From Tubulanus polymorphus (Eukaryota > Animalia > Nemertea): a stretch of 64,000 bases of DNA. How positions within the stretch are numbered: position 1 is the stretch's first letter; every line of letters begins with the position of its first letter. The DNA lies in the NCBI RefSeq assembly GCF_964204645.1, contig NC_134033.1, positions 5,294,231 to 5,358,230 on the forward strand. The letters run 5' to 3'. A model generated the notes under the pieces. The model was not told where the DNA came from. It worked only from the letters and a program-made list of their open reading frames with translations, and ran no database searches. Below, in pieces: positions 1 through 11,894 of the stretch. Position numbers and translations under genes: made by a program.

Positions 1-510
1 CCTCATCTTCCTCCTGTCACCTCATTTCTCTCCCCTCAATTCATCTTTCTCCCCTCACCTGACATTTCTCTCCTCTCATTTCATATTTCTTCCCTTACCT
101 CCTCGTTCTCCTCTCATTTCATCTTTCTACCCTCACCTCATTTCTCTCCCCTCATTTCATCTTTCTCCCCTCACCTAACATTTATCTCCCCTCATTTCAT
201 CTTTCTCCTCTCATTCCATCTTTCTACCCTCACCTCATTTCTCTCCCCTCATTTCATTTTTCCCCTCACCTGACATTTCTCTCCCCTCATTTCATCTTTC
301 TCCTCTCATTCCATCTTTCTCCCCTCACCTCATTTCTCCCCCCTAATTTCATCTCTATCCACCCCTCCCCTGCATCCTTCTTACCCTAATCATTCACATC
401 ATATATTATCACACCTTATCTCAACTCATCTCTCCCTCTCACCTCATCTCTCCCTCTCACCTCATCTCCCCTCGCCTCTCCCTCATCTCTCCCTCCCACC
501 TCATCTGATT
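1..510. repeat. Pyrimidine-rich degenerate tandem repeat (CTCATTTC/TCTCCCCTCA-like units)
   Basis: Recurring ctcatttctctcccctca / tcatctttct units; almost no G on the + strand. Confidence 0.85.
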
Positions 511-573
511 TCTCTGCCCTTATTCATAAAAACAATTCATCGAGGGTGGAACTCAGTAGCGTCTAGGACTTAC

Positions 574-840
574 CTGCGATTCGTTATCGAGGCGACCGTG
601 TTGGTACGCGGCAGCAGCCGCCGAGGCCGGTTTCACCATCGTCAGGACGCTGGACTGGTTATCGGCGACGGCCGTACACAGTCCGTAGTGGACGGCGCCG
701 CACGGCGTGCCGACGCGCGACTCGACGTCGCACACGTCGCAGCAATGCACCGAGCGGTGGCGCCTCAAATCGATCAGACTAGAGTTATACACCGTCAAAC
801 GCGAGCGCACGTAACGTATAGGCGGCGCCACCGGCGTCAT
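574..840 (-). CDS. Candidate coding first exon (MTPVAPPIRY...LDNESQ), possibly an alternative N-terminus of the PP2A B'' gene
   Basis: GC-rich 89-codon open frame from ATG 840 ending at a consensus donor CAG|GTAAGT (574/573), phase 0; same strand as and downstream of the PPP2R3 exon; no homology recognised. Confidence 0.5.
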
Positions 841-1823
841 GCTCGGCGAGCGATACTCGCGTTATCGAGGACGACGCGAAACGACGCATGTCGCCGCCAT
901 CGGAAGAAAATTATCTTTAGAAAAAAACTTTCTCGCACTTCCTAAAGATTCTTATACGCGAATTTTTTTTCCTCGTTTTTCGTTTCGTTTTTTTTAAATC
1001 CGGGACTTCAAGAATCCGACAAGCGAATTTGTTGCGACACTACTTACGTCCTATTATCTAATGCAGAACATCGTATACGCGAATTCCTTCCGACTGTTTT
1101 GATATTCTATCTAATCCGTTGCTACAGGAATCCTATACGCGAGATTCTGCTGCAGATGATCTTAATATTTTAAATTTTTTCAAATCCAGGGAATCCGATA
1201 TGCAAGTTTCCGCGTTCGTTTCTACAATCGAGAGCTTCGATAACACAGCGCGAAAAGTATCTCCAATCCCGCACTTCCTCGCTTCGACAATCCTAAGCGC
1301 TTTGACGCTCAAACGCGGATTCAATGAAAATCCTTTTTCCGAAACTACGTCCTCGAAGTCAAATATTTCTGTGCGTAATCTCCGTTCGGTTTAACGCCCG
1401 GGCTACACTGGAAAAGTGATTCTACTCCGAAGCCCCCCAGAACCGGAAAACTGAAAGTTCACTTTTTTCGTATCTATTTACAGATGCTATACAATGTACG
1501 TCGCATCGAAATTTCATCCAAACAGTTGCGTCGAAACGTTCGCAGTTTTTCGTCACTTCCACGCTTGATTCGTACTTCAGAGGCTTCGTCACAAAATCGG
1601 CAGACTTCGACTTCTTAAATTCCGATAATCCGTCGATAGTTTCGTACGAGAAGATCTTCTGTAGTAACGCGGCACAAGCCGAGGAGCGGAAGCTGTTAAA
1701 TACAGAGACACATTTGAAAACCGAACCGTTCTCAAATTCGTTTTTCGAATACGCGTAAATACGGGGGTCCCTACGGCTCGGTCATTCTTTGATAGGCCTA
1801 CAAGAAGTTTTCACGAAAATTAA

Positions 1824-2111
1824 CCCTTTTAGTGTGGGTACACCCAAGTGCGGTGTACGAATCAGTGATGGATTTTGCTAGTACACCGCACTGTGGTGTA
1901 TTAATTTAATTAGTAATTACTAATTATCTCTCTTGAAAGATGGCAGCACCTGTCAAACATAGTGAATTATAAGTAACTAACGATACACCGCGCCATGGTG
2001 TAGACGCACTATAGTGCTATTCCCGTTATTAAACACACTAGGGTGGAATTTTTCAGAATTTTCAAATTATCTTCAGCACTAAAGGGTATTAATTAGCCAG
2101 CACTGAAAGGG
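1824..2111. mobile_element. piggyBac-type MITE
   Basis: TTAA|CCCTTTTAGTG ... CACTGAAAGGG|TTAA: TIRs plus TTAA duplication; homologous copies at 18604, ~21779, ~24100 and ~32208. Confidence 0.85.
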
Positions 2112-2694
2112 TTAAAGGTGAAAATTTCAAATTTCGAGGATCACATGTATCACCTTCAGGCCTAGACTCCTTCCCTCTCAAGTTGGTACTCAGTAAACCA
2201 CTTATCCGATGGTTTCTTAGGTAGATTTTCATCCGCCTAAACTTCTAATTTGGCAAACGCCTGATCGGCTAAAAGAAACAAATCCTGGTCCCCGACTGTA
2301 ACCGATTTAGGCGTAGTCTACTGTACAACGCAAACTAGACAAAAATCTCTAAATTGCCCGTTTCTCAAAAATGAAGGAATTTCAATGGAGTTTCGAGAAT
2401 TTTGCCCGAACTTAAAGAGTTTCAAGTTGCATTTAGAAGCATTTTTGGTTTAGAATGACAGAGCCGTATATAGGATATACCCTGTAATTTGACTGCGGAG
2501 TAGAAGCTTGTTTATTCGACTTCGGAGTCAATGAAAACAACGCAAACTAATGATAGAGTCCTTTGATGCCAGGATAAACCCCATCGGAGATATCATACAA
2601 AAGATTTATAAAGAGCATTCCCTTTGAAATATATTTTTGGAAATATGAAATATGCGCCACACCACCAGATGGCGTGCCTAACAGTCAGCCTGTA

Positions 2695-2772
2695 TACTTT
2701 GTATAAGTCTCCCTCCGTGTACCATAGAAATGGTTGGAGTGTAAATAAAATCCTAATCCTAATCCTAATCCT
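2695..2772 (+). mobile_element. 3' end fragment of a LINE related to the element at 35278-37338
   Basis: Shares CCATRGAAATGGTTGGAGTGTAAATAAA with ~37285-37312, followed by an (AATCCT)n tail. Confidence 0.7.
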
Positions 2773-3650
2773 GACGAAAAGAAAACCAATTCGTTTTTTC
2801 GATGATTTTGAACAGGATTTTTAAGCTGCCGAATATGTTCTAATGTTCCATGTTCTAATAAAGTGATCATAGCAGAAACATGTATTGTTTTACTTCTATT
2901 GTTTTTATTACGATTAATCAGCGATTAAAGGTTATTACTCGGGTAAGTTTTCTATCTGACTCGCGGGAATGAATCTTCATCGTTTTACTATCATCATTAG
3001 AGAAAGTCGGCAATAAACGCGCCGAATTTGACCGCGGTTAATTTGGGCCTTTGAGAACGGACGAACAATCCACGATTCGGCGAGAGTATGATTTAACCCA
3101 ATAGTTTCAGCCCATTAACAATTATCTAACTTTCAAACATTGAATTTCTGCTCATAACTGTAGAACAATGCCTACAATGCCTGGTCTTCATTAGTTGGTG
3201 AGTAATTAAATGTAATATCTTGGACGTTTGTTATTTGTTTTCACGAAAATATGTCCCAAGCTGATGACTTATCATTTGAAAATCATGGTTGTTTTTTTTT
3301 CCACATGATCTGAAGCCCGCACTCCTGGGTCCCAACAACAATGTAGTTGTGGTATGTCTTTTAAATACCAGGGCCAGGACAATGCCTACGAAAGAAAATT
3401 AATCGTTATCATCGTGAAATAGGTTTCAAAACGGTCCATGAAGCCATACTCGACGTTCTAGCGGGTTGATAATGCCGTTATCGAACTCGCAACTCTGTGA
3501 GGTGTGAGGTTATTACCCCGTCGGAAATCATCATCATTCGTTAAGCGTTAAACGAAATCGTCGTAATTAACCTGAATACACCTGAATACCGATCACCGGT
3601 GAAGTCCTGTTTTAGAAAACGCGCGCGAACTAGGCCTTTATTAATCCGCC

Positions 3651-3686
<36 letters not shown>
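3651..3686. repeat. (CAG)n microsatellite
   Basis: Perfect GCA/CAG run. Confidence 0.95.
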
Positions 3687-4805
3687 TCAAAAGCAACGCG
3701 GCTTATTCTTTAAGAGAGGTAATCCGCGAGCCTGGCGAAGATTAACCCCATTCCGACGATCGGAGCGACCCGGCCGCGTGCTCATAGGTGTAAAACGGAT
3801 TCATCTAAACCCCGACCCTTCGATCCTAAGAAAACTATTCGCATTTTTGCCCCCTGATCGCCAGGTGCCAGTCCTACATAATCGAGAGCTAGATTGATAC
3901 GAATTAACCGTCGATTTGACTACACACTAAAATTGACCGACCAAAAACCATCTATGAAATGAATTCCAACATGAAGAAAAAAAAAATTCTAAACAATGTT
4001 CTCCGTAATTGCAGAAATTTTAAATGGACTGCAATGTGACATCACGGCTGCTGAAACCACAAGGCTTTCGAGCCCACAAAAATACAGAAAATCTAAGCTC
4101 ATTTTTAGCGTAATGTCCTATTTTTTCACATAAGCTCAATATATTTGAGCGCAATTATGAGCATTGATAGAATATTGACATCCACTCTGATAGGGGCTGC
4201 AGTTATTTTATAAGGGGAAGATGTAAAAGTGAAAGGGGTGGATATAGGCCTACATGTAAAAAAGAAGGGGGTTGCCGCCCTTATAAAACATGGAGACTGT
4301 TAAACATCGGTAAAACTGACCAACTCTTTTTTGCGGTTAATCGAGCGAGTGAAAAGTTGCTTCCTAGATGAACGCAGAACTTGAATTCAACCAATAGAAT
4401 TCAATAAGGTGAATTCAATCAGTTATCTCTTCTATAAATTGAACCAAAAGGAATTCAAACAATTATTCTATACGTAAATATAGCTACAAGTTGAACAGAG
4501 ATGAATTCAATCAAGAAATCCAAGCTGATTATCCGAGTTGCTTCTTCTGGCTGAATTCAAACAATAATCATTGCGGGTGATAATTCTACAAGCTGCATCA
4601 AGTTGAATTCAAACGGTATTCCGGTGAGAATTCCGCAAGTTGCATCAAGATGATCCCGAGTTGAATTCGAGCATTGATCCTGCGAGAATTCTATAAGTTG
4701 ATGCGATAATAATCCTACGAATTGTGATAGTCCCGTCCCGCGAGAAATAACGATCGAATTCCGCGGCACCACATTGGCCCGGAAACCGGGTCTCGCAGCA
4801 CTCAC

Positions 4806-4847
4806 GTGGTTTAGATTGTACGAATTCTGGCGTGAAGATATCAGTAT
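4806..4847 (-). CDS. Candidate 42-nt in-frame exon (ILISSRQNSYNLNH) of the PP2A B'' gene
   Basis: Acceptor AATTTTTCTTTAG| and donor CAC|GTGAGT; 14 open codons in phase 0, matching the phase-0 donor at 9386. Confidence 0.55.
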
Positions 4848-5041
4848 CTAAAGAAAAATTGGCAACAAAACGATATAGATGAAAATCATGCGCACTGGTT
4901 TAGTTTATAACCACACACACAACATCTACACTTGTGAGTTGTGGCGGTGCAACGAACCGTGCCTCATTTATATAAAAACAACCATCCTTTATCGACGATG
5001 AAAGATTACAACAGCATCCAGCTGAATATTTACAATGCTGC

Positions 5042-5405
5042 GAGAGTGGAGAGAGAGGGGAGAGGGGGAGAGGGAAGAGAGAGGGAAAAGAGAGAAAAGA
5101 GAGAGGGAAGAGAGAGAGAAGGGAAGAGAGAAGGGAGAGAGAAGGGAGAGAGAACAGAGAGGGATGAGAGAGAGGGAAGGGGAAGAGGGGGAAGGGGAGA
5201 GAGGGAAGAGAGAGAGGGGAAGAGTGGGAAGGAGGGGGAGGAGAGGGAGGAGAGAGGGAGGAGAGGGTGAAGAGAATGGAGAGGGAAGAGAGGGAGAGAG
5301 GGAGGAGGGGGAGCTGGAGAGGGGAGGGGAAAGGGAAGAGAGAGCGAGAGAGAGGGAAGAGAGAGAGGGGGAAGAGAGAGAGGGAAGATAGGGAGGGAAG
5401 AGAAA
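5042..5405. repeat. Polypurine (GA-rich) low-complexity tract
   Basis: Almost only G and A; the overlapping ORFs are artefacts. Confidence 0.95.
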
Positions 5406-5589
5406 GTTCCATCAGTACTGAGTTTACATAGGTAGATTATTATTAACCGTTAACAGCTGTTGATTATACAGTAACCTGTTCCAGCCCTCACTCTCTCCCC
5501 CTTAACTATCCTACGCATCGCATCGATAATTATCCTGTATGAGGATTGTCAGTTCGATAGAGTCGAAACTGCAATGCTACAATATATAT

Positions 5590-6000
5590 GCCCCAATAGA
5601 GGATTCCACTTGGTGGAAAGTGGAGATCCACCAGGTGTCGCAAGTGAGCGGTAGAACATCACCTACTGCGGCAATAGCGGATTCCACTTGTAGCAAGTGA
5701 GGATCCACCAGGTGTCGCTAGTGTGCAGAAGGACATCAACTACTGGGACAAAAGGGGATTCCACTTATAGCTAGTCGAGATCCACCAGATGTCGCTAGCG
5801 TACATAAGACATGAACTACTGCATGCGGTAATAGAGGATTCCAGTAGTAGTTAATGAAGATCCACCAGGTGTCGCTAGTGTGCATAAGGACATCAACCAC
5901 TGGGGCAAGAGACGATTCCACGAATGGCAATTGAGGACACACCAGGTGTCACTAGTGGGCAGTAAGACATCAACTACTGCCACAATAGACGATTCCATGT
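5590..6000 (-). repeat. Dispersed ~70-bp tandem repeat family (CTAGCGACACCTGGTGGATCCTCACTTGCC...GTGGAATCCTCTATTGCC)
   Basis: About 6 diverged units; opposite-orientation copies at ~25270-25480, ~33100-33345, ~62390-62450 and ~63035-63075. Confidence 0.8.
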
Positions 6001-6419
6001 GACAGTACAAAAGTGAATTTTATAGGGCCTTCAACTTCGAGGCTCTTAAAAATATACTCGAGTTCTGTAGTTATTCTTACAACATTAGACTGACTGTTCA
6101 TGACGCCATCTGGTTACCTATTATTACCTGGAGGCCTACTAAGATCAGGTCACCTCTTACTGAACTCCTTAATAATGCAGTTGTGATCCTTTGGCCTGAC
6201 TTGACAAAAATCAAGTCGACTTTCTTAGGAATTAAAATTCTTAATCCGCTAACTACATTTCGAACTAACTAATTAACGAAAAGATATTTTTACAGAAAGT
6301 AGAATTCAAACTATAACAATTGACGTAAAACTGTGAGATGTAACCTGCAAGATATATAGCAAAAATCAAACTGGCGACCATCAATCAAGTCAGCGTCTAG
6401 TCACCGTGCTAGTCACCAG

Positions 6420-6557
6420 GGGCCAGTTGCATAGTCATGACTTAGATTTAAGACCAGTTTAAGACCAACTTTGTTCTATAGCCAATATAACAACTTAAGA
6501 CCAGTCTTAAGATTTAAGACCACTCTTGGACTTAAGTCACGACTGTGCAACTGGCCC
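6420..6557. mobile_element. PIF/Harbinger-type MITE
   Basis: TIR GGGCCAGTTGCA(T/C)AGTC(A/G)TGACTTA with 3-bp TSD CAG; related TAAGACCAGT-containing copies near 16740-17150 and 26205-26320. Confidence 0.7.
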
Positions 6558-7384
6558 CAGGAATCAAACAGCATCTTACGTAGTTGTCACGAACGGACCA
6601 GCTTCTAGTCACCGCGAATCAAGCCAGCCTCCAGTCACCAGCGAATCAAACCTGACAGCCCGATAACTCTCAATTCATCTAGTCCAGCGTATCGAATCAG
6701 CATCTAGTCACCGCACTAGTCACAACGGAATTCAAATGACCACCGATCCAATTAAATTTTTAGTAACTTCCATTCAAACCAGAAAAGCACGAAATTGAAC
6801 CGCGAAAGTACGCACACTATTAACCGTCGATCGCGACGCGAATCCTTTCAGAAAGTTCCTAGTTATATTTCATCGAAAAAATGTTCGTTTAAATGCGAAA
6901 AATATTCATTTTCTCCTTGCGCTTTAATACATGCTTTATAACGTACGTCCCGTAGTCGGGAGAGTTCTCTCCGAATCGCGTCGGTGTTTCTCACGCTGCG
7001 GGCGTTTCGACGCGTTATGACGGCAGCGGTGGTGCTGCTGGTGGTTTTCACCTTCTTCGATCTCGATGAAGAAGTTCTCTATAGTTCTATATATAAACCG
7101 TGCGCGAGTCGTAGGATGATACGTGTGTTCGGTAGTAGAGATGGTACAGGTATATACACGTACGCGTGTATATTCTACTAGGAAGAGTTCTGTTTTACCA
7201 GTCGACCGAGGGGGAGGAGACAGGGGCAAATCAAAGGGGAGACCTTAAAGCGGCCCGGGCCCCCTATATTTAGTGCCGAGATAACATTTTCACAACCTGG
7301 AGGGGCCAAATCCGTTCACGTACCAATTATGTTTTAGGCCTCAGATATTTTGAGCCCCCTATTCGAAATTTCTGGATCCGCCCC

Positions 7385-7860
7385 CGGGAGGAAGAGAGCG
7401 ACATGCATAAAAGGAAGGGGTCAGGAGGAATAGGAGGAATGCAGCGGAGATGATGGAAAAAGGAGCAAGAAGAGGGGGCGAGGGAGAGAAGGAAAAATAA
7501 GATGACGAGGGGGTGAGGAGTGGGGGAGAGTGAGCGGGTTAGGGGTGTGAGGATGGGAGTAGAGAGAAGGGGTTTTAGAGATTGAGGAGCAAAAAGGAGC
7601 GAGGGAGAGCGTAACGAGCGGGGTGAGAACACAGAAAGCAGGCGATGGATGGAGAATGAAAGGGAGGCCTGAGGAAGAGATGAGGAAGGTTATAAGGGGG
7701 TAGGGGAGGAGGAGTAAGGATGAGGGGAGCGAAGGGGAATACAGAGAGTGGGGGTTTGAGATTAAGGAGCAACAAGGAGACGGAAATAGGCATGGGAGAA
7801 GAGAGTATAGGGGGATATAGGGGAGGTTAGTCAGGGGGATGGAGACAAGGAGCAACAAGA
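7385..7860. repeat. Purine-rich low-complexity tract
   Basis: G/A-dominated sequence without coding signal. Confidence 0.85.
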
Positions 7861-8472
7861 ATGAGTCGGTAAGCGACGGTATAACACGCGCTGTATTCCA
7901 ACCCAACCCCTCGCGAAAATTTACTTCGTTTGAACAGATCGGGGCTGTTCAAAAACATTCGACGCTTTTGGTTTCAAATTTACACCGCGCGAATAACACC
8001 AACCTTCGCGGCTACTTTTATCGCGGATGGCCGATTGGGATCGTTAGTCCTCAAAAGAGCAATGTACGGGCAAATATCTTTAAAAAATCCATTATTTATG
8101 AGTCCCTTGATTTGATTACCTAAACTTATGAAATAATGTTGTACTTGTTCTCGCAGCAGCGTCTGAAATTTTTGTTTATCAATTTAATAGAAAATTCTGA
8201 CCTTAGAAGTCGAGACGTTTCTCGTACAAGTACGAATAGCACGCGCATGCAAAAACAAACAAACTACAACTTACACGCCTGGCGCCGGAATTCCATCGCA
8301 ACAAACAACCTCTTTAATATTAATTCAATCACAAACTGTTCTCGATATGAAATTCCAGCCGAGATGATTTACTTTATTTTCTACGCGGAGAAACTTCAAG
8401 GTGAGAAAAAAGAATCATGGTGAGAGCAGAGAGACCGAGAGACTACATGCTCCAAACTTCAGCGAAATATTT

Positions 8473-8915
8473 CTCAACGCTACTGAGTTCCCTGATTGTC
8501 AACTCTTGTGAAATATTTACAGCAGTCTCAACGCTACCGAGTTCCCTGATTGTCAACTCTTGTGAAATATTTACAGCAGTCTCAACGCTACCGAGTTCCC
8601 TGATTGTCAACTCGGTGAAATATTTACAGCAGTCTCAACGCTACCGAGTTCCCTGATTGTCAACTCGGTGAAATATTTACAGCAGTCTCAAACGCTACCG
8701 AGTTCCCTGATTGTCAACTCGGTGAAATATTTACAGCAGTCTCAACGCTACCGAGTTCCCTGATTGTCAACTCGGTGAAATATTTACAGCAGTCTCAACG
8801 CTACCGAGTTCCCTGATTGTCAACTCGGTGAAATATTTACAGCAGTCTCAACGTTACCGAGTTACCATTGTCAACTCGGTGAAATATTTACAGCAGTCTC
8901 AACGCTACTGAGTTC
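8473..8915 (+). repeat. 53-bp tandem minisatellite, ~8 units
   Basis: Unit CTCAACGCTACCGAGTTCCCTGATTGTCAACTCGGTGAAATATTTACAGCAGT; near-identical units. Confidence 0.95.
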
Positions 8916-9385
8916 CAATACATTGGGATGGAATCTTTTTAGATTTTCGAACATAGTTATACAGTTACATGAAATGAAAATTCCCAGGTTTTTCCCTTGA
9001 GCATTTTTCAATTTTCCCAAATGGAAACAGGGGCCTTCATGAAAATGAACAGATATCATCATACTCCAGTCGACATTTTAGAGGTGACTGGTTGATGAAA
9101 AGGTGATTTTCAAGGGAAATTGTTGAAGAAAGTCGCCAGGACATGAAACGTAAATGAATTTCCCAAACATTTCCCTGATTTGAGGAAAACTTCTCAAATT
9201 TCCAAATATTTCCAAACGGGGAATCATCATTCCAAATTTCCAGTTTCAAGTTTTCCCTGATATCCCTGTTCCGCAGGAACCATGTTCAAATCATTTCCAG
9301 CACTTTCAGTTAGGGCCTAGTTATTAATTAGTAAATGAGCCCTGAAAAAAAGGGTTAAGCGAAATAGAAAACTTCTCATCCCTAC

Positions 9386-9706
9386 CTTAGACTGTCCGAG
9401 TTGCTGTTTGTTCGTCTGTTTCTGGAATTTGCGCGGACTCCGCGGACTCGCGATCTTCTGCCGGTCACCGGACGTCGGCGAGCACGGCGGCGTGTTGGGC
9501 GAACCCGGTCGCAGTCGCGGCGAATTCCCCGATTTGCCGCCGACGACGCAGTTGCGCGGACTCGCGACCGGCGCCGGGAACGAGATCGTCTCGTTGTCGC
9601 GGATCTGACGCAGGTTCTCCTTCAGCGTTTCGAGCGCGTCCGTGTCGCCGAGCCATTTCATGAACAGCTCGTCGGCTTTCAGGCGTAAAATCGGCTTCAA
9701 AGCCAT
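9386..9706 (-). CDS. PPP2R3B: PP2A regulatory subunit B'' (PR70/PPP2R3B-like), first coding exon; gene continues beyond the window start
   Basis: MALKPILRLKADELFMKWL resembles the PR70 N-terminus (LQPVLKMKVDELFLYWL), followed by an SP-rich region; donor AAG|GTAGG at 9386; upstream acceptor TTTCAG| at 9827. Confidence 0.85.
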
Positions 9707-10851
9707 TCGGCAATAATTTTCGTAATTTCTAAATCGAACGTTTCAAAAATTCCTTTCGCGTAATTTTCGTCTCGGAATTACCCCCGCGAGACGTTGGGCG
9801 TAGTCGCGAAAAAATCTGGCATCTATCCTGAAATTAGATTAATCTCAATGTATGAAACACTTTGTCAATGTTATGAATTAGAAAGAATATCATATTCCGA
9901 ATGAAAAAGAGGGCCAGAAAAGATTTCCTTAAATAGTGAGGCCTAATGATTTATATTTCAACGCTGTTAAAACCATCATTAATAGGTCCAAGATTTTACA
10001 TTGATAGTTCTAGTAGGCCTAGGGGGGGAGGGGGTTCCGTGCGGGTCGATGTGCGCTTCGTCATCAAAATAACAATTATACAATGTGAATTTTGGAGTTT
10101 GTTTTGCAATCATAATTCTTATTCTATAACAGGCCTATTTCATGAATTTGGATAATTAATTTCAAGGTCGAGTCCAAGTAAGCTACGGTACAGGGCCAAT
10201 ATTTGGCATCTAGGGCAACAGAATGAGAGAGAGCGAGTGAAATTTCATGGAAGAGCAGTTTTTTACTAAACTCCTCGACGGATCCAGATGTTAACTTCTT
10301 CCCCCAAAATTTTTGAATGGGTATAGGCCTATAGGCCTATACCCTACGTCAAAGGGCTTGTCATAATTAAATTCATTTGTCAATAATATTCAAAATCATT
10401 ATTTTTTTAGAAATTGTTAAATTTCTAGGGATTTTAGGTGGAGAGTTCAGGTAGGGCCACGAATACAACCAACGAGTTTACGGTCCACCACCCACATCCA
10501 TTCGGCATTGCCATCGTATTAGACTAGTGTGAAAAACCTGTGCAAAATATACGGTTGTTTCTAAAAAAAGGTAAAAATGGCCCGGCGTATCTCCAAACTT
10601 TTCTGCAGCAAAGAAAGTTGGGAAATCGTCAACGATGAAAGGGTTAAAATGTACATTTTTGCGGAGAAATTCGTTATTACGGTGGCGCCACCGTCCGGAG
10701 GACTTCCGCAAATCGTAAATCTTTTCGAATTTGAAGCCTTGTAGTTGCGCTGAAAACGTAATCAAATACTCGATCGTTTCTTGAAATAGAAGCTCCGTCG
10801 AAGCCGGTTAGGACAAGATGGAAAAATCTACGTTCCACTATCGTAATTTAC

Positions 10852-11551
10852 CTTTTATCACGAAAATCCCGTAGAATTTAGAGAAAATAGCGAATCTCGG
10901 CCGCCATATTGTTTTAGTACCGAAAAGAGAAATACGCACGAGGAACAACAAAGTTTTGAAAAGCTGAACGGAATATGTTGCTGATTACCCTCTCAAATAA
11001 AGATAACCAAAAATACGATGTCAGAATACGTGTAATCCAAATTAAATTGATTTTCTTGCGTTTTCGTCCATTGCTATATGCCAACCAAAAACGACAAAAT
11101 TTTTAAGTGATCCAATTCAATAGTTTATTTATTTGATGCTTTGTTATAAGCCTACTCATGATTTGTGAAGCTGAATGATAGAAAATGGGTTAAATTATCG
11201 AATATCTATTAGAATTTTCGTTGTGATAGTGTTCAACTTGAAGAGTGTTTAGTTTACACTTCATGATAAAATGATGGGAAAATAGTTAGTGCCCTGCTTG
11301 ACATAAGCTGTAGCATTAAAATTGAACAATTTATCGGAAGGCATCGTATTAGCTTTGGAATTTAATTTTTCTGAATGCGTTTGTTAGCTTAATAGACCGG
11401 TTGCCGGAATTTGACCAACAATCAGTCTACAATCCGATCCCGGATTAGGCGAGCGCTATTTCAACGTCTCCAATTTGGCGCATGTCGAATCCTGATCCAC
11501 CTAGCGGACGTAGCTCGAACGAAACTAGGAAACATTCCAACAAAATGGCGG
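10852..11551. promoter_or_regulatory. Bidirectional promoter region between PPP2R3B-like (non-coding first exon, donor at 10852) and AMMECR1
   Basis: Divergent genes; AAG|GTAAAT donor on the minus strand at 10852; YY1-like AANATGGCGG on minus (10901-10910) and on plus (11542-11551). Confidence 0.6.
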
Positions 11552-11894
11552 CTGGCTGTTGTGGTGTGAAAAAACAGAAATTAAACAACTCTTTACCGGC
11601 CATTTGCTGCAACGGATCGGCCGCCGTTCACCCGAACCATCATCACTGCAGCAAAGACCAACAGCAGCAGCATCAACAGAACGGGGGTCATTTATACTGC
11701 AGCAATGACGGAGGAGGACATCATCATCAGCATCATCACCATCATCAACAAAACGGATTTACAGCGGCAGCATCATCATCAGCACCAGCAACCGTCGTGA
11801 AAGCGGAGATGTGTTACTATTGTTTTGATGTATTGTTGGGTCAGTTGAATAGCACGGACCCGCCTCGTAACCCTCCATTTACTAACGACCGATA
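11545..11894 (+). CDS. AMMECR1: AMMECR1 exon 1
   Basis: MAAGCCGVKKQKL N-terminus; EMCYYCFDVL...PFTND; donor TA|GTAAGT. Confidence 0.95.

Noticed and set aside
4900-5412. Long ORFs rich in S/L/P or R/E/G (also 7327-7906 and 17429-18031)
   Set aside because: Artefacts of purine/pyrimidine low-complexity tracts
6946-7100. GC-rich minus-strand segment with a TATA-like run and a GAC|GTACGT donor
   Set aside because: Could be a non-coding alternative first exon, but it has no ATG, homology or other support
8473-8915. CRISPR-like array of palindromic repeats (also 20682-21256 and 46608-47035)
   Set aside because: Units abut directly with no unique spacers, there are no cas genes, and the context is eukaryotic; these are minisatellites
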